The notes under the pieces are model-generated. The model saw only the letters and a program-made list of their open reading frames with translations. It was not told the origin of the DNA and did no database searches. Position numbers and translations under genes: made by a program. This document shows positions 1-9,448 of a stretch of 64,000 nt of DNA, one piece after another. Every line of letters begins with the position of its first letter. Positions within the stretch are counted from its first letter, which is position 1. Location: the NCBI GenBank assembly GCA_047629415.1, contig JBLHWZ010000002.1, forward strand, positions 1,917 to 65,916, read 5' to 3'. This stretch comes from Bradymonadia bacterium. Its GTDB lineage: Bacteria > Myxococcota_A > Bradymonadia > REDH01.

Positions 1-332
1 CGCGGCGGAACTCGGCCGAGCTTCACATCGGCGTAGTCGACTCGGACACTTTCTTACCGAGGCGGGTCGCCGTGAAGTAGAAGAAGAGACCGCTCGCCGC
101 GAGCTTGAGAATCCCCGAGAGTACGGCCGGAGCCGGTGACAAAGTTTGGGCGGCTACGCTCGGTTCGTAGAGCGCGAGTTCCGTGAGTTCGAACGCCGCA
201 CACAGCCCAGGCCAGAGCGTCGATGCCCCAATTGCGGCGCGACGATGACGGAGCGCCGAGCACCACGACTCTTCGTAGAGATGACCTTCCTCAGGAGGCG
301 CAACGGGACGCTCAGGCACTCACCCAAGTCGA

Positions 333-3300
333 TCAAGGCACCAACCAGACGTCGATATCGGAGCTCTCAAGTGGGGAGACGGCGAGGGAACCCTCGGTCG
401 CCGAGCTGTTGGTCACCTGTACAATCAACTCGCCCGTTGCCGCGTCCGCGATGAAGATATCCAAGCCGGTCGCGCTCCGGTCGACGACTGCCAGCAGGCT
501 CGAGTCCGGGTAGAATGCGGGCCCAGCCGACTCGTCTGTTCCGATGCTGGTAAAGGTTCCTGTAGGGAGGTTCCAGACCACGGCCTGGGTCCTGAATCCG
601 GCCGTTGGACGAACGAACGCAACGTCCAATCCGTTCCAAGATGCATCCGGACCACCGAGGATCGCGCTGCCCACTGTCAGCCGAGTGTCGTCGAGCGTTT
701 GCACGTCTCGAGCATGAACCTCGAAGACACCCAACTCGTCTTGGACCAAGAACACTTCGTTGCGGAACTGCCAGTCTGGAGCGGAGTCCGAGTAACCGGT
801 TGAGCCCATCTGGTACGGCGCCGATCCATCCGTCGGAACCACCCAAAGGTCAGAGGGCCCGCCGGTTGAGCCTTCCACTACGATCTCGTCGCCCACAGGT
901 GACCACGAAGCCCCAGACCACGAGGAGAGACCGGGGTTCAGCGATGTCACGACTCCAGTCGCCAACTCGACGACGCGAACCGGTGCCGGAGAGCCAAGCG
1001 TCCGATACGCAAGGTAACGGCCATCTGGGGACCAAAACGGATCAAACTGAATGATGTCCGCCGTTGCGATCTGGGTCAGATCGGATCCGTCGGCGCGCAC
1101 AACAAACACAACGCCGAGGCCGAGGGACCCAGGAGCGACAAAGGCGATCCACGGGTTGACCAGAGCGAGCGGGGTGCAAACGAGCGCCTCGCACGTCCAG
1201 GACGAATCACAGTCGACGTCATTGATACACGACTCGCCGACGACGCAGACGTCGCACTCGCCTCCACCACAGTCGACGTCCGTCTCATCGCCATTCGCAA
1301 TCAGGTCATCGCAGGTCGGCTCATCAGTGCAGACAACGCCATCGCAGTAGGCGGATCCGCAGTCGGCCGGCACCACACACCCCTCTCCATTCGGACATGG
1401 GGCGCATACAGAGCCACCGCAGTCGAGGCCGGTTTCGAGGCCGTTCTCCACGCCGTCATCGCAAGTGGGAACCCCGATGCAGACCCCGCCGGAACACAGC
1501 CCGCTCGCGCAGTCCGCCGGTACCCCACAGTCCGACCCAGTCGGGCAAGTGGAGCAGTCGCCGCCACAATCGATGTCGCTCTCGAAGCCACTGACGACTC
1601 CGTCTTCGCAGAGCGGGCAAGCGACGGAGGTCGTGCACTCGAAGTCGGTGCCGTCGCAGGCCAGCACGTGCGTGCTGCACTCACCACATTGCTCGCCGAC
1701 CGCACCCGGCATCTCATCGCAGCCGCCACATTCGTTCAGCGCGGCTGAGCCTTCGTCTCCCTCGCAGTCCAGACTCTCTCCACCACCGCCGCAGGTGAGC
1801 ACTCCGGTGTCACAAATCCCGCAAGCGGCGCCTGGGGTCCCAACGATAGGGGTGCAGCCACCACACGCGTTCGCGGGGTCAACTCCCTCGCACGACACTG
1901 CATCCGCGCCATCGCACGCCCATGCTCCGGAGTCGCACGACCCACAGGCTCCGCCCGGCTCGTTCGAGAGCTCGCTACAGCCTCCGCAGGAGTTCAGTCC
2001 CGCTGGACCCAAGTCGCCGTCACAGACGACCGATGAGAGGTCGCCAGAGCACACCCAAGCCCCGCTGCCACAGGTTCCACAGGATGTATCGGGTGCGGCT
2101 TCAAGAGCTCCACAACCGCCGCAGGCGTTGGTCGCTCCCGGGCCGTCGTCGCCTTCGCAAAGCGTAGCGTCTGTTCCATCACAGGCATAGGTGCCACTTC
2201 CACAGTCGCCGCAACCACCACCGGGCGGGTTATCAAGCGCGGCGCAGCCGCCGCAGCTATTGAGAATGCCGTCGCCAGCATCTCCTCCACAGACAGTCAC
2301 CTCGCTGCCGTCACAGGCGACGACGCCTGTGTCACAGGTTCCGCAAATGGTGCCAACCGATGCGCCCAAAGAAGCGCAGCCGCCACAGTCGTTCAGCTCC
2401 GCGTCTTCCCCGAGGCAGTCGACGACTTCTTCTCCGTCACACGACCAAACTCCGGACCCGCAGAGTCCGCAGGCAGCGGCAGGATCCCCTGCGAGCTCCG
2501 CGCAGCCACCACAGTCGTTTCGTGCGGCAGCACCATCGTCTCCAAAGCAGACGATCGTGTCAGAACCACCACAGTTCCATGAGCCGGACCCGCAGGTCCC
2601 ACATGGGTCGCCGGGGTTAGCGGAAAGCTCGGCGCAGCCACCACATTCGTTGAGATCGGCGCTACCGCCGTCGCACACCAGAGACTCGCTATCGTCGCTG
2701 CAGGTCCAGGCACCGTCCTCACAGACTCCGCAGGCCTCGCCGAGCGCCTCGTCGAACGCGGCGCAGCCTCCACACGCGTTGTAGGCGCCCTCACCTAGAC
2801 CGCCGGTACACTCAAGGGAGAGCCCATCGCCAGCACAGACCAACGCACCGGAACCGCAATCGCCGCAAGGGTCCTCGGGCGCGCTGCCCAACGACGGTCC
2901 ACATTCGCCGCACTCATTTTCGGCAGCGCCGGCGGCCCCTTCACAGACACTATCGGAGCCGGCGCAAGACCAGACGCCATCGCAGAGACCGCAGTCTTCT
3001 CCGATCGCGCCCATCTCGTCGCAGCCGCCGCACTCGTTCAACGCAGATTCGCCGCGATCTGCGGCACAAATGGCCCGGCTCCCGCCGATCGCACAGATCC
3101 AGAGTCCGGTCGCACAGGTGCCACAGGTCTCTCCGAGGTCTTCCTCGATGACGCCGCAACCGCCGCACTCGTTGAGTGAGTCCGGGCCAGCATCGTCGGC
3201 GCAAGCGAGGCCATCGGCTCCGTCGCACTCCAGCGCGCCGCTCCCACAGACACCACAGGAGTCACCCGGCGCTGCTTGGCGGCCACCGAAACTAAGTGGA

Positions 3301-4616
3301 CCGCATCCGCCGCAGTCGTTGACGGCGTCCTCCTCAGCCAGCTCTCCGAAACAGCTGGCCGAGTTGGTGCCGGCGCACGCGATCAGGCCAGTCCCACAGA
3401 CACCGCAGCCCTCGCCAAGCGTTGCACTGATTTCCTCACATCCACCGCAAAGATTGAGGTCACACCCCGGTTCGCCGTCCTGGCAAGCGACCGCGTCTGT
3501 ACCCGAGCAGATCCAGATTCCTGCACCGTCTTCACACGCCGTTCCGGGCTCGCCTTCCAGGGCGGTGCAGCCGCCGCAGACGCTTTCCGGACGGTCGGCG
3601 CTTGGCATACAGACCACGCCGTCAAACGGCACGATACCGAGCTCCTCGGCCAGCACTTCGTCCGCGCAACGCCAAGTCGCCGAGACCGCGCCGCAGTCTA
3701 CCGCGATAGCACAGGTTTCTCCTGGCTCTCCTGCAAGAAGCGCCGCCCCGCCACAGGTGTTGGGAGAGTCATCAACGGTGCACTCGAGTTCATTCACATC
3801 CCCGCAGACCAGCGCTCCGATAAGAGACGGCCCGCACGGGGTACCGATGTCAGCAGGTTCACCGCGATAGGTCAGCTCAGCGGTTCCGCCGCAGACATTG
3901 CTCGCATCGCTGTCGACCGCGCAAGTGACGAGGTCGGCGCCTTCGCAAAGCCACAGGCCGTCGCCAGATCCATCATTACACTCGGTGCCGGGGTCTTCGC
4001 CGAGAGGCGCGCAGCCGCCACATGGATTGGTCACGGCGTCAGCACACTCGACACCAAGCGGCGAATCAGAACAGGCGAGACCGCCATTTCCGCAGACTCC
4101 GCAGCCGGCGCCAACTGTGCCCGGCAGCAGCTCGCATCCTTCGCACTCGTTGCGACCGACGGCGCCGAGGCAACGAATCGAGCTGGGCCCGTCGCATGCA
4201 ACGACACCGCCACCGCACGAGCCACACGTCGATCCTGGTGCAAACTCTCGGCCTGCGAGGGTCAGAGCATCGCAGCCGCCGCATTGGTTCCGCTCTTCGA
4301 GCTCGCACTCGAGCACGGGGGTCACATCTGGCTCCGCGTCGGCGTCGACCTCAAGGTCGGGCTCTGCGTCGGCGTCGGGAGCAGTATCTTGCACGTCCTC
4401 GACGGGATCTGTCGCGACGTCGTCCATTGCGGTGACATCCCCTGTGCCAAACTCTGGGGTACAGAATCCTCCGAGGCACGCCTCAGTGGGCTCGCACTGC
4501 GTATCGACGACACAGGGCGTGGATCCTACCATGGCGGGGTTGTCAGAGCCGCATGCCAGGAACGCGGTCGCGAAACCGATGCAGGCGAAGGTTCGAAGGA
4601 GGGTCGTCTGGTTCAT
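333..4616 (-). CDS. Giant lipoprotein: 20 tandem six-Cys CGGC modules, 3 DCGG-type Cys modules, C-terminal PD40/TolB-like beta-propeller
   Basis: ORF 333..4715. The internal ATG at 4616 gives MNQTTLLRTFACIGFATAFLACGSD (signal peptide plus lipobox), followed by an acidic D/V/T/P tether. I counted 20 N-x-CGGC units by eye. The C-terminus carries PD40-like blades: FWSPDGRYLAYRT, SWSPVGDEIVV, FYPDSSLLAVVD. Confidence 0.85.
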   Translation of the reverse strand: MNQTTLLRTFACIGFATAFLACGSDNPAMVGSTPCVVDTQCEPTEACLGGFCTPEFGTGDVTAMDDVATDPVEDVQDTAPDADAEPDLEVDADAEPDVTPVLECELEERNQCGGCDALTLAGREFAPGSTCGSCGGGVVACDGPSSIRCLGAVGRNECEGCELLPGTVGAGCGVCGNGGLACSDSPLGVECADAVTNPCGGCAPLGEDPGTECNDGSGDGLWLCEGADLVTCAVDSDASNVCGGTAELTYRGEPADIGTPCGPSLIGALVCGDVNELECTVDDSPNTCGGAALLAGEPGETCAIAVDCGAVSATWRCADEVLAEELGIVPFDGVVCMPSADRPESVCGGCTALEGEPGTACEDGAGIWICSGTDAVACQDGEPGCDLNLCGGCEEISATLGEGCGVCGTGLIACAGTNSASCFGELAEEDAVNDCGGCGPLSFGGRQAAPGDSCGVCGSGALECDGADGLACADDAGPDSLNECGGCGVIEEDLGETCGTCATGLWICAIGGSRAICAADRGESALNECGGCDEMGAIGEDCGLCDGVWSCAGSDSVCEGAAGAAENECGECGPSLGSAPEDPCGDCGSGALVCAGDGLSLECTGGLGEGAYNACGGCAAFDEALGEACGVCEDGAWTCSDDSESLVCDGGSADLNECGGCAELSANPGDPCGTCGSGSWNCGGSDTIVCFGDDGAAARNDCGGCAELAGDPAAACGLCGSGVWSCDGEEVVDCLGEDAELNDCGGCASLGASVGTICGTCDTGVVACDGSEVTVCGGDAGDGILNSCGGCAALDNPPGGGCGDCGSGTYACDGTDATLCEGDDGPGATNACGGCGALEAAPDTSCGTCGSGAWVCSGDLSSVVCDGDLGPAGLNSCGGCSELSNEPGGACGSCDSGAWACDGADAVSCEGVDPANACGGCTPIVGTPGAACGICDTGVLTCGGGGESLDCEGDEGSAALNECGGCDEMPGAVGEQCGECSTHVLACDGTDFECTTSVACPLCEDGVVSGFESDIDCGGDCSTCPTGSDCGVPADCASGLCSGGVCIGVPTCDDGVENGLETGLDCGGSVCAPCPNGEGCVVPADCGSAYCDGVVCTDEPTCDDLIANGDETDVDCGGGECDVCVVGESCINDVDCDSSWTCEALVCTPLALVNPWIAFVAPGSLGLGVVFVVRADGSDLTQIATADIIQFDPFWSPDGRYLAYRTLGSPAPVRVVELATGVVTSLNPGLSSWSGASWSPVGDEIVVEGSTGGPSDLWVVPTDGSAPYQMGSTGYSDSAPDWQFRNEVFLVQDELGVFEVHARDVQTLDDTRLTVGSAILGGPDASWNGLDVAFVRPTAGFRTQAVVWNLPTGTFTSIGTDESAGPAFYPDSSLLAVVDRSATGLDIFIADAATGELIVQVTNSSATEGSLAVSPLESSDIDVWLVP
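1626..4310 (-). repeat. In-frame tandem array of about 45-aa six-cysteine CGGC modules (20 copies, diverged)
   Basis: Residues ~136-1030 of the ORF. Recurrent pattern: N-x-C-G-G-C-x6-9-G-x2-3-C-G-x-C-x1-2-G-x3-C-x5-8-C. Examples: NECGGCAELSANPGDPCGTCGSGSWNCGGSDTIVC and NDCGGCAELAGDPAAACGLCGSGVWSCDGEEVVDC. Confidence 0.8.
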
Positions 4617-4875
4617 CTGTAGGCCGGTAGAGGACCTGCGAATCATCGCATGACTCCGGCTCGAATGAAATGTAGGGCAATCCGGCACCCTGTCCGCACC
4701 CGAATTCGGCCCCAAACCTCTTTAGAGATCCCACTGAGCGTGGGAAGAGTAGAGAGGCAGGCTTTGGCTGCACACCGGCACCAGGATTCGACTTGCGGTC
4801 CCACTCGCGCTCCAACCATCCCAACCGTTCGTCGGTCAGTCTGCACGCGCGACGCCAGACCGCTGTAGGTGCACG

Positions 4876-6144
4876 TTGACCGTTCGGGCGCTGCGCTGGT
4901 TCGGCGCGGGAAAGTCGCTGGTCGTCGATGAGGAAACGGGCGAGACGTTCACCGTCGCGCGGATTCTCCCGGGCGAGCGTGCCACCGTGAAACGCTTCGA
5001 GCGGGCGGGGCGCAGGTTCCCGGTTGCGGACGAGATCCTCGAGGCCTCCCCACATCGCGCCCCCGCCAATTGCTCGTACTACCAGGAGTGCTCAGGGTGC
5101 GACCTGCTTCACGTCACCGAGGCCGAGGAGCAGAGCTACAAAGCCCTCACCGCCTCCGAAGTTCTAGAGCGGTTCGCTGGCGTCGTTCCTAAGCATGTGG
5201 AGACGGTGGGGCGAGCGCACCGTGGAGCTCATCGCGCCCGCGCTCGATTCGCGCTGCGACGGTCCAATGGAGCAATTACACTCGGGCTCCGAGCGCTGAG
5301 CGGCGAGCTTGTAGACATCGTGGACTGTCCGGCCAGTGTGCCCGCCGTCCGGTCCATCATGACCGCCGTGAGGAAGATCGTGCGCGAGCTGCCCGGCCTA
5401 GAACTTCTCGGCGTCGAGGTCTCCGCTGGCGTTGAGGGTGCGGCGGTCGTTTTCGACGTGGATGAGTGGGACCCGGAGCGCGGTGGAGAACTCATCAACG
5501 CGATGCAATCCACCCCCGGTGTATCGGCCACCGCCATTCGCCGAGGAAAGGAGAAGATCGAACTACTCGCTGGCCAGTGGCCCCGGCAGCTGCCCGTCGG
5601 TGACATCGAGCTCGGTCCGGCCCCTGATGCATGGACCCAGCCCACTCCCGACCGCGCCGCCGAGCTCTACGCCTGGGTCCTAGGCCTCGGCCTGCATCAC
5701 GGGAAGACCGTTCTCGATGCGACCTGCGGCACAGGTGGCCTCACCCTCGCGCTCGCCACGCTCGCGAAGTCCGTGCTTGGCGTTGACGCCAACTGGCAGG
5801 CGCTGAGAAGCGCCATGAAGAGCTCGCAGTCTCTCGGACTGCTCAACACAGAGTTCCGAGGGGGCAAAATCGAGACCGTTGCCAAACGAATGCGTGACGA
5901 CCGCGGCGGATTTGACCTGGTGATCGTCAACCCGATGCGCCGTTCGCTCGGTCTGGACTGCATGAAGGACCTAGCTGCGTTAACGGACGAGCACTTGCTC
6001 TACCTCGCTCCCGCACCTCGAGCGGGAGCCGAGGACATCCGCGATTTGCTCGCCGAGGGCTTCCAGATCGCCCGCGTAGCAGCGGTCAATTTGCATCCGG
6101 GGACTTCGAAGTCGTTGATGGCCGTCTTGCTGAAGAAGACCTAG
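4876..6144 (+). CDS. RumA/TrmA-family SAM-dependent RNA (m5U-type) methyltransferase homologue with catalytic residues apparently substituted
   Basis: TTG start. CSYYQECSGC (C-x5-C-x2-C) plus IVDC resemble the RumA 4Fe-4S ligands. SAM motif I is VLDATCGTGGLTLALA. The C-terminus aligns to the m5U methyltransferase motifs, but reads YLAPAPRAGAED and NLHPGTSKSLM. Confidence 0.75.
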   Translation: MTVRALRWFGAGKSLVVDEETGETFTVARILPGERATVKRFERAGRRFPVADEILEASPHRAPANCSYYQECSGCDLLHVTEAEEQSYKALTASEVLERFAGVVPKHVETVGRAHRGAHRARARFALRRSNGAITLGLRALSGELVDIVDCPASVPAVRSIMTAVRKIVRELPGLELLGVEVSAGVEGAAVVFDVDEWDPERGGELINAMQSTPGVSATAIRRGKEKIELLAGQWPRQLPVGDIELGPAPDAWTQPTPDRAAELYAWVLGLGLHHGKTVLDATCGTGGLTLALATLAKSVLGVDANWQALRSAMKSSQSLGLLNTEFRGGKIETVAKRMRDDRGGFDLVIVNPMRRSLGLDCMKDLAALTDEHLLYLAPAPRAGAEDIRDLLAEGFQIARVAAVNLHPGTSKSLMAVLLKKT

Positions 6145-7397
6145 GATTCTTCAGCCAGTCTGAACACGACGGCATCTCGGCTAACCTCAAGGAGCACGTC
6201 ACGCACCGCAGCCAGAGGCGGCGTCAGACGGACTTCCTGGGCGCTGACGCGATAGGACACCAGGTCCGAAGAGCGATTAAGGAAGCCCTCCGCGAGAATT
6301 TCGACCGCGAATGGTTCAAGCTCGGAGTCGGCCTCTGGCAATTCACGCTGGAGTCCTTCGAAGACTCCAGGTGCGCGCTCCATCGCGTAGGTCATCTGAG
6401 CCCGAGACGCCTCAACGTGACCAATCGCTGCCAGCCCACGGCTGGCGACGGCGTGCAAGCCGACCCAGCCTGACTCGGCAGCCTGAGCGTCTTCAACATA
6501 GGCGAGACCGCGTCTGGGTTGTCCGAGAGCGATCAGGCACTCACCCATCGTTGCGAGCCAAGCGGGTTCACCGCGTTGCCGCCAGCAACGCACAAGAGTC
6601 CACGCAGCTTCGGCCAATTCTCCATCTCTCGCGAGTCGCCGGGCAGCGAAGAGGCGGTCCTCAGACGGGTCGGAGCCAACCTGGGAACCCCGAGCGAGTG
6701 CAAGCTCTTGCGCTGACGCCGCTGCGAGTCGCCGCGCCTGTTCGTTCCAGGGTTCGGGCAGGGCATCCCGCGGGGGTTCATCGCCGGCGGTCTCCCGCTC
6801 CATCCGATCAGCGTCCTCTATCTCGTCCACTTCGCGGAGCGCCGCGGCCAACTGAGCCCCAAGCAGGACCCGCTCATGACCGCTGGCGACGGAAAGCAGC
6901 CTCATTCCTTGCTCCAACGCCTCCTGATGGGCGTTGTTCAGCATCAGCATTCCTACCGCTACTCGGCGCTCCCACGTTCGGCCTCCAGCAGCGTCAACGA
7001 ATGACTCGGCCGCGCGACCAGCGGCGTCTTTGTCCGCGGCGACGGTCGCGCGAATCAGCACCGATAGCGTGCCGGGATTCGCAAAGGGATCAGCCATCTG
7101 ACTGGCGTACTCCGAAGGCGCACCATGTTCAGCGGCCAGCAATAGCCTACGCCCAAGTGTCGGGTCCTCAGCTAGCGCACGATGAACTTCTTCGCAGCCG
7201 GCAGCATCTCCCAGCGGCACCAAAGACAGGCCGTCCGCGAGCCGCAATTGGCCCCGTCGATCTGCTCGCTGCAGTCTCAGGGCAAGGGGGCCATGACCCA
7301 GGTCGACGAGCAGATCGGCCGCGTCCTTCCGGAACGTGTGGAGCGCGAGTAATTCACCGGGCAGCGAGGCTCGGAACTGGGTGAGCGATTGGGCCAC
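6141..7397 (-). CDS. Hypothetical helical-repeat (TPR-like) protein, paralogue of the upstream gene
   Basis: 418-aa ORF with a GTG start overlapping the upstream stop by 1 nt (TAGTG at 7395-7399). Ala/Leu/Arg-rich helical repeats. It shares the end motif FLNRSS with the upstream protein's LLGNRSS. Confidence 0.6.
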   Translation of the reverse strand: MAQSLTQFRASLPGELLALHTFRKDAADLLVDLGHGPLALRLQRADRRGQLRLADGLSLVPLGDAAGCEEVHRALAEDPTLGRRLLLAAEHGAPSEYASQMADPFANPGTLSVLIRATVAADKDAAGRAAESFVDAAGGRTWERRVAVGMLMLNNAHQEALEQGMRLLSVASGHERVLLGAQLAAALREVDEIEDADRMERETAGDEPPRDALPEPWNEQARRLAAASAQELALARGSQVGSDPSEDRLFAARRLARDGELAEAAWTLVRCWRQRGEPAWLATMGECLIALGQPRRGLAYVEDAQAAESGWVGLHAVASRGLAAIGHVEASRAQMTYAMERAPGVFEGLQRELPEADSELEPFAVEILAEGFLNRSSDLVSYRVSAQEVRLTPPLAAVRDVLLEVSRDAVVFRLAEES

Positions 7398-9409
7398 TAA
7401 GTCTGCTCCTCGGGCACTGGCGCTCGCGCTGGGATCGCCGCCCCGCGGCTCGCGATGCGCCGAATCTCGCGGGCGGTTGGGACGAAGGTGCTCCCATCAT
7501 GAAAAACTCGAAACTCGCCGTCCATCATACCGGATCGGAACCACGATGAGCGGTTTCCGAGCAGTGACCGACGGAACTCCAGCAGGGTCTCCTTCAACGA
7601 GGGCCTGACGGCGACATTCGCGAGCGCCGGCATCGTCCGCGACACCTCCTCCCACTCGCCTTGCGCTCGTTCTTCATCGCCGAGCGCGAGATACGTCAGA
7701 GCCAGATTGGTGCGAGCGCCGACTCTCCCTGGACGAGTACCAATTGCCTCGGCCAGGAGCGCCACCGCCGCCTTGTAGTTGCCTAGCTCGTACTCCGCCT
7801 CTCCCTGCACGCCAGTTGCCGTCGATTCAGGGAGAGAGCCAACGACCAGAACACCCAGTCGCGAGGCCGCCTTGGCGCGGCGTGGATTCCCACGAAGCAG
7901 TTCGCACAACGAAAACCCAACAAACGCCCAACGGGTTCGGGAGCGCTTCAGCGCCTCAACGAACGCGGTGCGCCCGTCCTCGACCCTCCCGAGCCACAAG
8001 AGCAACTCGCCGTAGTACGTCCACGGAAAAGGCGACCACGGGAAATCAACTTGGAGCTTCGCGAAGGCGCTCTCGGCAGCCGCAACATCGCGCTCGCGGG
8101 AAAAACGGCTGAGGATCCCGGAGGACCTCTCCCGCGTGGAGCAGCCTGGTTCGACGAGCCGCAACGAGGCGGACTCTTCGTCCCAGCGAGAGAGCGGCAG
8201 AACACGAATCCCACGCATCTGATGCAGCGTGGAGTCGAAGAGCATCCGCGCGGCTCGGCGCGAGGAAAGTGCGGCGCGGTCGTCGCCAAACTCGGCGAAT
8301 GCGCCACCACGCAGAGGATCGAAACCCATCCGCTTGACCGTCCAGCGGCTCCAAATGACGTCTGGAACCGCACCCCTGGCGGTGGCCGCCATACGGACCG
8401 CATGAGCTGCAAAGGCGCCATGACGGCGCTCCACGTCGGCCGCCAAATCCTCTGCTGAGCGAAGGGAACCCAGCTTGAGCTCGGCCTCAGCGATCCACAT
8501 CTCCGCCTCGTCAGTCTGTGGGCCCCGACGGAGTTCCTTCAGTCCCTCCGCATGCCTCCCGAGGCAGACGAGCGCGGCGCCCCTCTGAACCGGAATGTCC
8601 GCGGGGGTGTCCCAGTCCAAGACCTCTTGATAGCGCCCCTCGGCAAGCGCAAGGCGTACTGTGTGTTCCGTGTCTAGGCCCGGACGGAGGCGCGAGCGCA
8701 CTGCCTCGAAGTCGCCCAATATGTAGAGCAGTTCAAGGAGCCCACTGCGGTCTTCCAACGCCTCGACTTCGACTTGGATGGCGCACTCAAGCGCACGTTC
8801 TCTCTCGCCAAGTTCCATGAGTGCTGACGCGAGTTGCGCCCTAGACTCGGCCGTTCTGCCTCGGTCTTCGTCGTCAGACACAGACTCGAGACACTCTACC
8901 CGCACGTCAATGAGCTCGGCTGCCTGCGCCACCAAGGAGACACAGAGAAGTCGAGACGTGTCTCCGCTCCCTTGCACGATTGCCGATCGCAGCTCGGCAC
9001 GCGCCTTGCCCGGTTCTCCGAGCATCATGTGCTTCATCGCGACAGCTAGCGGCACCGTAGGCTCGATCTGCATCGCAGCGGAAAAGTCGTTCGCTTCGAC
9101 GTGCTTGAGGAACTCCGACTCGCTTAGTCGCCAGTGGAGTCGGCCGTCGTCCGCAGCCGACGTGGACCATTTCGCGAGCTTGGGATCGCTGAGAAGAGCT
9201 GCTTCCACCGCGCCCCCAAAACCAGCGTCGCCCTCCACAACGAACTCTCCCATCCCCCCATGATTGGGCCGACCAACTCTGGCGCGAACGCCGCGTCCAC
9301 CGTCGGAACCAAACACGACCAGGCTGTGGCGCCGTTTGTCGAGCTCGCGGACCTCCAATGCCGGCACCAGCGCACTGTTTAACCTGCCGAACGCCTCGCT
9401 AAGTCGCAC
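7397..9409 (-). CDS. Hypothetical TPR-like repeat protein
   Basis: 670-aa ORF. It contains TPR-like stretches (e.g. GNYKAAVALLAEAIGTRPGRVGARTNLALTYLALGDEERA). No enzymatic motif was recognised. Confidence 0.65.
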   Translation of the reverse strand: MRLSEAFGRLNSALVPALEVRELDKRRHSLVVFGSDGGRGVRARVGRPNHGGMGEFVVEGDAGFGGAVEAALLSDPKLAKWSTSAADDGRLHWRLSESEFLKHVEANDFSAAMQIEPTVPLAVAMKHMMLGEPGKARAELRSAIVQGSGDTSRLLCVSLVAQAAELIDVRVECLESVSDDEDRGRTAESRAQLASALMELGERERALECAIQVEVEALEDRSGLLELLYILGDFEAVRSRLRPGLDTEHTVRLALAEGRYQEVLDWDTPADIPVQRGAALVCLGRHAEGLKELRRGPQTDEAEMWIAEAELKLGSLRSAEDLAADVERRHGAFAAHAVRMAATARGAVPDVIWSRWTVKRMGFDPLRGGAFAEFGDDRAALSSRRAARMLFDSTLHQMRGIRVLPLSRWDEESASLRLVEPGCSTRERSSGILSRFSRERDVAAAESAFAKLQVDFPWSPFPWTYYGELLLWLGRVEDGRTAFVEALKRSRTRWAFVGFSLCELLRGNPRRAKAASRLGVLVVGSLPESTATGVQGEAEYELGNYKAAVALLAEAIGTRPGRVGARTNLALTYLALGDEERAQGEWEEVSRTMPALANVAVRPSLKETLLEFRRSLLGNRSSWFRSGMMDGEFRVFHDGSTFVPTAREIRRIASRGAAIPARAPVPEEQT

Positions 9410-9448
9410 TTCGCCCTCGCGCCCAACAATAGCTGCTGCCCGCTACTC

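Noticed and set aside
23-319. A 98-codon minus-strand ORF at the left edge with one hydrophobic segment, just downstream of the giant lipoprotein gene.
   Set aside because: Hand-counted third-position GC over the first ~15 codons is only about 50%, well below the confident genes here. No motif was recognised, and competing ORFs exist in other frames. It cannot be supported.
3276-4622. A 448-codon plus-strand ORF, and many other 100-450-codon ORFs lying antisense to confident genes. Examples: 36400..37755, 38725..39687, 39212..40153, 20472..21212, 21283..22296, 41256..41993, 54336..55109, 57265..58122, 59355..60062, 61579..62184.
   Set aside because: Each lies entirely inside a gene on the other strand that has clear family motifs. 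Their products are Arg/Pro/Ser/Ala-rich low-complexity text typical of stop-poor antisense frames in high-GC DNA.
6141-6144. Convergent genes sharing the palindrome CTAG, so both stop codons (TAG on each strand) overlap.
   Set aside because: This is real but a trivial consequence of tight convergent packing. No regulatory meaning can be argued from the sequence.
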